Assembly: GCA_965153285.1 (NCBI GenBank)
Contig: OZ229116.1
Reading direction: 5' to 3' (one strand)
Source of the DNA: Podarcis tiliguerta
Lineage: Eukaryota
DNA: 64,000 bases
Positions 28,801 to 37,694 of the stretch are shown here, in pieces. How positions within the stretch are numbered: position 1 is the stretch's first letter; each line of letters opens with the position of its first letter. A program made the translations under genes and the position numbers. The notes under the pieces are model-generated. The model worked only from the letters and a program-made list of their open reading frames with translations, did not search any database and was not told where the DNA came from.

Positions 28801-31735
28801 AACCCATTAAGATGTAGAGAATCACCTATTGCTCATATATTATGAAATGCATCCTCCCCTTTAAGAAGAATACCAGCAACTCAACATAGTGGGAAATAAT
28901 GTCTGAAGCAGCTTGCAGTGTTTGCTATGAGTAAGTTGAGCCCACTTCACCTCATTGGAGGTACTAAACCTATTATCAGTCATTCTAAGGTCACATAGTT
29001 GCAGTTCAGAAATAATTTCTAATCATCCAGGGGTCTTTCCCATCTTCCTTTAACTTACTTCTCTCTCATGATTTTTCCTTGGATAGTAAAAGAGAATCCA
29101 AAGAGTTAAAGTTTTATGAAGGCAGGATATCTGATCACAAAACAAGATCACAGTAATCAGAACTCATTTCCTTTTTTGGTGGTTTATGGCAACTGCAGAT
29201 AGTCAGATAATAGACAGAAGAAAGTAAGCACAAGTTGAGAGCATGGCTTTTTGCTAGTGGCAATCAAAAATAAAGGGGCAATATGTCAGGGGAAATGAAA
29301 CAGAACCGCAAAGAACAGGACATGCAAATAATTGACAGTGCTGTTGATTCTACCGTTCATTTTACAGCTGTTTACAAGCAGATCCATTTTCCTAAGCAAG
29401 TGTCAATTAACTCTGGAGAAAGACCCATGTTAATTGATTTTGGAAAGCAGAATTTTGCATCTGCAAAACTAATCAGCAATGTTTTGAATAAGCAAAAGAC
29501 ACCTGCTGCCCTAACTCCCTTCATCCAGATTAATGTCTATGCAAACCTCTTGACTCACCTTCATTAATCTAAATGTGTTTTTTTGTCAGTAGCCTAGCAT
29601 TTGCTTCATGCCAAAATTATGGCCAGTGAGTGGGTGGCCAATGCAGAGGGACTCAGAACACAAACAGTGATAAGAACGTTGCCACACCTGTTGCAAAAGG
29701 AACCTGAGCAAAACTCTCACACAAAGAACAACATTATTTACCTTAGAATGTTGTTACTAAGAAAAACAAAGTAGATGGGGAGAAAATATGGTTACACACT
29801 CCTGGCTTGGTCTAAAACAGTATGGACAGCATTGCCAGTGCCATGCATGGAGAGTTCTCTTTCTCTCTCTCTGGGTAGAATTTATTTATTACTGCATATT
29901 GCATTTATACAAAATATTCAACTTTTCCCCAAGGAGCTCAAGGCATACAGCATGACTCTCCCTTTCTCCATATTGCCTTCACAATACGAAGGTTAAGTTG
30001 AGAGTTGGTGACTGGCCCAGGGTCACCCAGCAAGCTTCATGGCTGAGTGGATATTTCAACTCCCAGGTACTAATCCAATGCTCTATGTGTCTGATACGTC
30101 TCATCAGGTGTTGGGCAGGAAGGAGAGAGGTGGGTCACATCCACACCATACATTTAAAGTGCATGGCTTCCCTCAAAGAATCCTGGAACCTGTAGTATGT
30201 TAAGGGCGTTGTAGCTCTAGGAGGGTTCCCCCACAATTCTTTGGGAGAACCATGGGCAGACTTTAGTAAAACGGTGCCCTGAGCGAGGCTAAAATTTGGA
30301 ACCTCCTAATGGATCTTTTCAATTATAGATCTTCTCAGTTTTGCGCCCCCTCAGCTCAAAACCCTGTACAGGGAAACCTCCTGCACTGCCCTAAATTTGG
30401 TGCTGGAAGAAGCCATGTTATTTAAATGTACGTTTTGGATAATCCATGTTTCTCCTCCCCCTCCCAAACAGCTGAGTGGCAGAATTCTCATCTTCCTGAA
30501 AGTGCCCTGCAACAAGGAACCCCAGTTCTTGGAACTATGTTCAATATCAATTTGCAGAAAACTTCTGCGTATGCTCATGGTTATATTTGCATGCAGAACA
30601 TAAGACACAGTACTTACTTCACTGCCCAGTGTCTTCAGCAGATGATGGAAAAAATTATCAAGCTCTTTCCCTTCTATGTAACCGTTGTCTAAAACCGATT
30701 AAAAACATATTACTGAATATTGTACCATTAATGTTCGGAATCTAAACTGAAGAAATAACATGCAACATAAACATTTCATAAATCTAGTAACAACTCAAAC
30801 ATTTAGCCAAACTGACAGACACACACAAAGAAAATGTGAATGTTTGTTTTTTCCTTTGATAGATTGTTTAAATATGCAGTTACTTTATTCCAGCTTTCTA
30901 AGTTGAAATATTCCTCTTCTTCAAATAAATAAGAGATATGAAACTTTGTCCCAAATCCACCAAGAGCTTCTCTTGTTTCAGCCTCCTTTGATATCAATCA
31001 GATAGCCAAGAACTGTATTGATACAAAGGTTGGAAAACATAGGTACAAGGTGCCAGGCTGCCTATGCCAGAGCAGGCCTACAGCTTTAGACTGCAGGCAC
31101 ATACACTTTGAAGTACACAAAAGAGGAATAAAGTTTTCATGCATGTATAAATGCATAATCAGAGAATTAACATGTTTATTTAAAAACAGAATAAATATGT
31201 CTAAATAAAAACAACAATAACAATAATAATTTATTTATACCCAGTCCATCATGTTCCAGGTTGTACACAATCTAGGGTTACAATAATGTATTAAGACATT
31301 TTGGGATGTGTTGTTTTAGTGTGATGTTTAATGAAGAAGAACCATTTAAATCAAACGTGCATCAACTTGGAAAGCATAAATGGCAAACAACTGCAGGCAG
31401 GCAAATGAGGGGAGTAGTGCAGAGGTCTCCCCACTTTCTCGGTCTCCAGCATAGAAATCAAGCAGACAGCTGGAAGGAGAGTGGGATTCTGCATTCCTCC
31501 TTTGCCAGCCTAAGTAGGCTGGTATTTTATTATTATTTTTTGCATGGTAGTAACTTTGGGGGTCTAATTTACAAGACTGGTTGAGAGTGTAAGCTCGTTG
31601 GAGAAGGGACCTGTCCTTTTGCTTGTGCTGCTCAACATCATGCACACTGATGGTGTAAAACAAGAACAATAAGTTCTTCAGGATTAAAATCGGTATTGAA
31701 ACACAACAGTGTTTCTTTTAACCAGCAAATTAATA

Positions 31736-31778
<43 letters not shown>

Positions 31779-32270
31779 TATTTATATCCTGCCCTCCCAG
31801 CCGAAGCTGGGCTCAGAGCGGCTAACAACAGTAAAATAATACAGCATTCTAAAATCAATAATAGGTGAAAAAAGTCAGCTGATCGAGGTCCACGAGGATC
31901 TGTAATTAGCCTTGCTTCTCAATTAAATGGCTTCAATCAGACCCACCAACCACCCTAATGTCCTCTGCACACCCATGAACACAAGACACTCTGAGATCAC
32001 GGGAATACAAGCTAGTCGAAAATCGCATTGGAACGTGCAACTTGGAAAAGCAAAAACTTCCTTGCAAAGCAGAACGAGAAAACTTGGACAAAGAAACACC
32101 CCAGCTAGTGCCCATGCCTACCGCCTTTTCTAGGTGCGCTCCGTCCCTTCCCTATTTAACTCCCAGAGTGGAAAGAGCTTCTCCCGGGCGCACTCACCGT
32201 CGGCGTCGAAGCGCTGCCAGAGTCGCAGAAAGGCAGCCGCCTCGAGGGAAGGCAGAAAGTCGCTGTCCAT
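14559..32270 (-). CDS. SCGN: Secretagogin (hexa-EF-hand Ca2+ sensor), complete 11-exon CDS, 273 aa
   Basis: Eleven GT-AG exons (73+71+93+90+57+78+56+46+60+69+129 = 822 nt) splice into one open frame from a Kozak ATG (CACCATGG) to TAG. Peptides such as [38 protein letters not shown] and [20 protein letters not shown] are diagnostic of secretagogin. Lies next to CARMIL1 as in mammals. Confidence 0.98.
15412..15460. repeat. (GT)n microsatellite
   Basis: Seen directly. Confidence 0.97.
15785..15853 (-). CDS. SCGN: SCGN exon 10 ([23 protein letters not shown])
   Basis: ttccag acceptor, GTGACT donor, 69 nt. Confidence 0.96.
16297..16443. mobile_element. hAT-type MITE, young
   Basis: Perfect 16-bp TIR CAGTGGCGTAGCGTGG; 8-bp TSD AAAGCAGG (16289-16296 / 16444-16451). 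Confidence 0.92.
16815..16880. repeat. (ATT)n microsatellite
   Basis: Seen directly; adjoins a reversed L2-like 3' end. Confidence 0.95.
17288..17347 (-). CDS. SCGN: SCGN exon 9 ([20 protein letters not shown])
   Basis: ttcag acceptor, GTAAGA donor, 60 nt. Confidence 0.96.
17451..17496 (-). CDS. SCGN: SCGN exon 8 ([15 protein letters not shown])
   Basis: catttag acceptor, GTAAGT donor, 46 nt. Confidence 0.96.
17813..17868 (-). CDS. SCGN: SCGN exon 7 ([19 protein letters not shown])
   Basis: ttttag acceptor, GTAGCT donor, 56 nt, EF-hand 4. Confidence 0.96.
21819..21896 (-). CDS. SCGN: SCGN exon 6 ([26 protein letters not shown])
   Basis: acaaag acceptor, GTAAGC donor, 78 nt. Confidence 0.95.
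22099..22155 (-). CDS. SCGN: SCGN exon 5 ([19 protein letters not shown])
   Basis: ctttag acceptor, GTAAGT donor, 57 nt, EF-hand 3. Confidence 0.96.
22754..22888. mobile_element. Short MITE with TAGGG(T/C)TGCCA termini (inverted homolog at about 565-707; relative at about 34694-34818)
   Basis: TAGGGCTGCCATAT...ATATGGCAACCCTA termini; body alignable with the reverse complement of 565-707. Confidence 0.75.
23400..23925 (-). mobile_element. L2-type LINE 3' fragment (related fragments on + at about 8835-9085, 20095-20320, 54378-54600 and 57740-57985)
   Basis: CAGAAGCAAACTGGCAGCCA motif (HWLPV.F...FK frame on the minus strand) and shared T-rich 3' UTR ending GCCCTGAGATC...GAAGGGCGG. Confidence 0.6.
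25063..25152 (-). CDS. SCGN: SCGN exon 4 ([30 protein letters not shown])
   Basis: ctttag acceptor, GTGGGT donor, 90 nt. Confidence 0.96.
25491..25583 (-). CDS. SCGN: SCGN exon 3 ([31 protein letters not shown])
   Basis: cacag acceptor, GTACCT donor, 93 nt, EF-hand 2 loop. Confidence 0.95.
25872..25980 (+). mobile_element. 5S rRNA-derived SINE (SINE3-type) remnant
   Basis: TAAGCAGGAGTGGGTCTGATCAGTGCCTGGATGAGAGAC resembles the 5S internal control region TAAGCAGGGTCGGGCCTGGTTAGTACTTGGATGGGAGAC; followed by an AAAGGCAGAATATAAAT L2-like end. Confidence 0.6.
28443..28650 (-). mobile_element. CR1-type 3' end fragment
   Basis: GGATCCGACCAATGGCCCATCTAGTCCAGTATCCTGTT, reverse complement of the end of the 44490 element. 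Confidence 0.6.
30618..30688 (-). CDS. SCGN: SCGN exon 2 ([24 protein letters not shown])
   Basis: ttttag acceptor, GTAAGT donor, 71 nt, completes EF-hand 1 loop. Confidence 0.96.
31731..31775. repeat. (TAA)n microsatellite
   Basis: Seen directly. Confidence 0.95.
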
Positions 32271-32570
32271 GGTGCTGACGCCGGAGAGCCCGCGATGGGC
32301 AAAGGTCAGCGCGTCGCGTTGGCAAGTCCAAGTGGGCTGCGCGGCGCTGGGGCTGCTGGCCTCGAGTGCCCAAGAGGCGGGCGGGTTTTCAGAAGGCAGC
32401 CCAGCCGGGGACACGCCCAGGCTCCCCCCAAGATCCCACCTGCTGCCTGGAGAGAAGGTCGGAGCGAGCCAGCAAGCGAGGCAAAGTCGGCTGCTTGCTG
32501 CCCCCTCTCGTGCCAAAGTTTCCCTTGTCACCTGCTTGGAGGAAGAGCTGCTGGGCTCGCCCTTGAAATG
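32110..32570. promoter_or_regulatory. CpG island over SCGN promoter/5'UTR/exon 1
   Basis: Sharp local rise in GC and CpG density in an otherwise CpG-depleted window, overlapping the first coding exon; CCAAT (minus strand) near 32647-32651. Confidence 0.85.
32198..32270 (-). CDS. SCGN: SCGN coding exon 1 ([24 protein letters not shown])
   Basis: ATG at 32270-32268; donor GTGAGT; phase 1. Confidence 0.96.
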
Positions 32571-33302
32571 AGACTGCTGCCACCAACTTTTGTTGTTTTT
32601 TGTAAGGCTATATCCTTGTAAGTAAGGCGAGAATATAAGGGGATTTATTGGTGCACGGAGGTGCAAGATGGAATTTAGAAGGCAGAGTTACCAGCTTAAA
32701 GGGACTTTGAAGAAGCTTCCTCAGAGAAAGTCGAAACAGCTGCAGTATTAAAAGCGGTTAATGAGTAGGATTAATTCAGAACTGCATTCGCGGCAGGCAG
32801 AAGGGTCGGTTTGAAAGCTCGCTTTGCATGGAGCTCTCTCACTTTTTCTTCTTTTTATATTGCCAGAGTTTCAGAGTTGCAACCCTTTCTAGAACTACAG
32901 CAGCTGTAGAGGAGCTAAACATGCATTACAAAGGAAGCCTATGGAGCTGTTGCTACTTTTGGAAACAATCTAACAATCACCTGAAATGAATAGAATGAAA
33001 CCCATAGTGGTGACTTTAAATCAAGATTGATTTATTTTAAATGAGGAATATAAATTAGTTATTTACTTCACAGAAAAGTACATTGTTAATTTGTGATGGG
33101 CAAGGGGGTGTGCATTGTTTTTGTTTTTTGTTTTTAAAAACCCCCTCACAGAATTAGGGGTAAATATATATTACATAATTGTAATGTTGCTCATGCACAC
33201 AGTGAATTATTCATGAGTTGCTCTGAAGCACCACCTCTGTTTTTAGTTAGTTTTCAGAGTGGCATCAGAGAAGGATATAGCTGTTGTGCCTGTTTTTCAG
33301 TA

Positions 33303-33527
33303 CAGTGGTACTTCGGGTTAAGAACGTAATTTGCTCTGGAGATCCGTTCTTAACCTGAAACTATTCTTAACCTGAGGTACTACTTTAGCTAATGGGGCCT
33401 CCCGCTGCTGCGGCGCCGCCACCACACGATTTCTGTTCTCATCCTGAAGCAAAGTCTTAACCCGAGGTACTATTTCTGGGTTAGCGGAGTCTGTAACCTG
33501 AAGCATCTGTAACCTGAGGTACCACTG
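33303..33527 (+). mobile_element. Tc1/mariner (Tigger-like) MITE
   Basis: TIR CAGTGGTAC.TC.GGTTA / TAACCTGAGGTACCACTG; TA target duplication on both sides. Confidence 0.88.
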
Positions 33528-36105
33528 TATTCCTCATTTGAAAAGCTTGCAGGTTTTATGAACCACTGGTGGTAGACTGAAACAGACTTATTATCTATTG
33601 CTCGGGGACAAACTGACCATGGGTTTCTGCAAATTATGGCAAACCTTGGTTCTTACGCTTTGATTATCAACTGGTCTGTGAATGCAGAAGATAAGTTATT
33701 AATGCCATATAACTCTTTTCCCACATACTGGTGTTTAGAATTACATTAGTATCTGAAAGAGGAAAAGGCAAAACAACAACAATTACCTGTAACTTTTCCA
33801 TTCTACATATCTGTTAGTGTTGGCAAACCTTAGCAGTTTTGAAGATTAGGATGTGAAATGGCATTTCCAAGTTAGAAGGGATGGCAGAGTAATGCATTGC
33901 AGGGGGTTGGACTAGATGACTCTTGGGGTCCCTTCCAACTCTACAGTTCTATGCTATCTCAGGCAAGCATCCTGCAGAACTGTACTTTGTGAACACATTT
34001 GCTCTACTACAGTTGCATTATGCACAAGGGCATCTGCAATATTACCTAATGCGCAGAATATTGTTGTTATTAGGGGTAACAACATCAAATTTCTCTTGAG
34101 TGGATCACTAGTCTAGAAAGTCTAAACATACACAAGCACACAAACAGATGAATTAAATCTGCCCAACATATATTAATTTGTCAATTTGGCCCGATTGATA
34201 GCAAATGGTAAAAAAAAACAAAAAACCACCCCCTATCAAATTACACAAATAATGACTGGTGTGATATAGAAGCTTCTGAAAACAGGCACAAAGTCAATGT
34301 TGCATATTGAGGTGTGTGAGAGGGATTCTTAGCAGCATGGCTGCAGTTAAAAGCTTGACTTGCTCCCTTCTTGCATGGCAACTGCCTATTTGAAAAGAAA
34401 GAAAGAACACCACCCTTTCCCCCTTCCAATATTCATTTTGACAGTGAAGCTTAATTTTTAAAGGCACCCTTTCTCAAAGGCTGACAGTTAATTGAAATAC
34501 AATGGAAGTGTTGAGACAGCAATACAAAAGATTTCTAAATGAAAATTCCAGAAAAGCAAAAGTACGTACACAATGCAAGTCCACGTTTGTCCAGCTGCTT
34601 ATCCAGTTGCTTCATGCATAAATGAGCAAGCTCCATTTGCAATTTTAATAACAGCTTTATTATATTTGGTGTGGCTCAGGGGCAGCTAACTAGTAGCGTT
34701 GCCATACATCCGGAATTTCCCAGACATATCCGGGATTCATCTGTAGAAAATAGCGTCTGGGCAGAATTCTCAGAAACCAGTTAAAATGTCCTGAAAAACC
34801 TGGGCATATGGCAGCCCATATCAGAAGTGTTGGAATTTCATTTTGGGGGGAGATTTTGCAAAACAACAACAACAACCCACCCCTGGTCTGCATGATGATG
34901 CAAAACATTATAATGGACAGGTACACACCTGTCCATTTCCATACGATTAGAACCTTGTGTTCCCTGCTGGCAATTGGGCAACTGTTTGTTGGAATGTCTA
35001 AAATACCCTGTGGTTATTACTTTTACACTGTTGACACCAGAGAGTAACCTGTTAGGTTCCGAAGGTATTTAAGAACTAGTGGCAAGTGCCCATCACAGAG
35101 ATTTGCCTCTGGGCAGGTTAAAGTTGGGAAATGGCTGGAGTCTCACTGGTACTGAGCTTTGTAGTGCACTCAGAACCTATATCCCTCCAGATGCTGCTAG
35201 ACTACAATTCCCATCATCCATGTATGTAGACAATTATGGTTGGAGCTGATGGGAGTTGCAGTCCAACAACATCTGGAGTGCCACAGGTTTCCTGTCCCTG
35301 CTATATAAAAAAAGATAAGGGCCAATGCAATAGACCCAGCTTTGGATCTTCTGGGTTCCAGTAACACTGTACTAGCATTCAGTGGCAAATAGCTGTCAGC
35401 TCAAAGGCTGTGCCAGAAGCCTGCATTCAAGAAAATCTTGGAGCAAGTTTGGCAGAAGTAATAGTTCACACAGAGCCCCCATTTTCTCACACACCAGCCT
35501 GCTATGACAGCTCCCCTGCATTAACATTTTAATAAAAGAAATATATAGAAATAATAGAGCTAATCTTAAGTCAATAAAACCCACCCAAACCTTTTATGCT
35601 CATTGAGCGGAAAGCATGTGGTTGTTGAAGGCCATTAAAGAGAAAGGAAACTTGCCACAAGAACCGAAGCATTCAATTAACCCCATGAGGTCCCAAACTG
35701 ACTAGAATCACTATTGTGCTCTGGGGTAAAGGGTTTCTGAAATACTAAAAGGGATGTCTCGAAAAACAATTTCCTCCACATCTAATGAATGGGCTGGAGC
35801 AAACCCTTTTCATAATTCTCCACTCCCAGTTTTCAAGAGTGGGAGAATGGCAGCAATGGGGGAAGCTAGAGGAGAATAAAGAGGAAGGGATTGGGAGGGG
35901 GCCACGGAATCAGGTAGTTTTGCTTAAGGGGTCATTTGTGGCATCTACAAAGTTTGCTTTATGTCAAATATGGGAAGTTCACACACACACCCCTATTTCA
36001 CATTTCCCTTTCCCCACAGTAATTACCATGTGGGCTTGAGCATCCAGATTCTAATATATCTCTTCATGTGCTCCAGTTCAGTGCAAGGGCTCTGATAACT
36101 CTTCA

Positions 36106-36250
36106 GCACCTGGATAGCTCAGCTGGTTAGATAGTGGGGCTGATAATGCCAAGGTTGCAGGTTCAATCCCCGTAAGCGACAGCTGCCTATTCCTGCAGTG
36201 CAGGGGGTTGGACTAGATGATCCTTAGGGTTCCTTCCAACTCTATGATTC
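36106..36250 (+). mobile_element. tRNA-Ile-headed SINE with CR1-type 3' tail
   Basis: Head aligns to tRNA-Ile (TAGCTCAG.TGGTTAGA...CTGATAA.GCCAAGGT.GCAGGTTCAATCCCCGTA); tail GGGGGTTGGACTAGATGA...CTTCCAACTCTATGATTCT. Confidence 0.82.
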
Positions 36251-37274
36251 TCTTTCGCCACAGTCAACACCATTGCATCATGCTACGAACCACTGATCCT
36301 GAAACATTTTCATACAGATTAGTTGTTAGGAACATTTGACTGCCCAGATGTCGCTGAACCACAGCTCCCATCATCCCTGGCCATCAGCCATGCTTGCTAG
36401 GGCTGATGTAGTACAGCAACATCTGGAAAGCTAAAAGTTCCCCACTCCTGTGTTAGAAGAACCAAAGAAGGCCTCAGATTCAATATACCCATCTTGTGTA
36501 TGGCTTTTTCTCCACACCACCCACCTAACCCCACTTTAGCAAGGTACTTCATTATTACATGAATAGAATGAAGATTATCACTATCATTATTACTATAAAA
36601 TGTATTGTTAAAATTCTTATAGCTCAATCTGAAAAGAAATATTTGAAATAGAAAAGGTATTCTGAGTTTTAAATTTAACAAGCGTTATGTTAAAGCCTGC
36701 AAAATACATTTAAGTGCATTGAAAACTGGATAGGCTATTATGAAAGAAAATAAAAGGTGCTAACTAAATTGTCTACATTTGGTTGTCTCAGTTATTGACT
36801 TATTTTGTCTTCATGATTGTATAGTAACACAATGCAAACAAGCTAAGCTTCTCGCACAGTACTGAACAATAAGTATTGACAAAAATGACTGCGGTTGCCA
36901 CACCACATTCTATTTGCTATTTTGTAAGAATGTTCGCAATCAAATTCTCTTTTCGCAAAAGAAAATGACTGCCTCACAGATGGATAAGTAAAGCCTTAGC
37001 CAACCTCCCAACCTTCAAATAATCAAAAGCTGTTACAAGTTTCAACAAGCTTTTCTTCAAGCTGTAAGATGTTGCTAGAAGTAGAGTGAAGCTTTTATAG
37101 GAGTACTGAATTGTTCAGCATTCAGATCTGCCTTCCGTTGAACAAAAGCTTTCGATAAGAAGTACTGCAGGAGGCCTGGAATCCTAGGACTTGAACCCCA
37201 AATTTAGGAGGTCAGAGGGTAGATTCCTCTCCCACCCCTGAGGAACATTGTTTGCTTGTAAATATGTGTAGTAC

Positions 37275-37322
37275 GCGTGCTTCGCGTGTACGAGGCCACG
37301 GGTTCAATCCCCGGCATCTCCA
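37275..37322 (+). pseudogene. 5'-truncated tRNA-Ala(CGC) retrocopy (positions 26-73) followed by trailer GGTG-TTTT
   Basis: Anticodon arm CGTGC-TTCGCGT-GTACG, variable loop AGGCC, T-loop TTCAATC, 3' acceptor strand CATCTCC-A; no D-arm or A-box. Confidence 0.85.
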
Positions 37323-37330
37323 GGTGTTTT

Positions 37331-37694
37331 GGGACGTGGGTGGCGCTGTGGGTTAAACCACAGAGCCTAGGACTTGCCGATCAGAAGGTTGGCTGTTCGA
37401 ATCCCCGCGACAGGGTGAGCGCCCGTTGCTCAGTCCCAGCTCCTGCCAACCTAGCAGTTCGAAAGCACGTCAAAGTGCAGGTAGATAAATAGGTACCACT
37501 CCGGCCGGAAGGTAAAGGGCGTTTCCGTGTGCTGCTCTGGTTTGCCAGAAGTGGCTTAGTCATGCTGGCCACATGACCCGGAAGCTGTCTGCAGACAAAC
37601 ACCAGCTCCCTCGGCCAATAAAACGAGATGAGCACTGCAACCCCAGAGTCAGTTACGACTGGACCTAATGGTCAGGGGTCCCTTTACCTTTACC
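37331..37694 (+). mobile_element. Sauria SINE, full length; shares one TSD pair with the upstream tRNA fragment
   Basis: GGGACG head, (ACCTTT)n tail; TSD TATGTGTAGTAC at 37263-37274 and 37695-37706. Confidence 0.93.

Noticed and set aside
32130-32666. 178-aa ORF in frame with the SCGN ATG, suggesting an N-terminal extension; also the antisense 145-aa ORF
   Set aside because: No upstream ATG. Stop-free frames are expected in a GC-rich CpG island, and the ATG at 32270 has a strong Kozak context and matches the known N-terminus.
37275-37322. Functional tRNA-Ala gene
   Set aside because: Lacks the 5' acceptor strand and the D-arm/A-box, and sits inside a TSD-bounded insertion.
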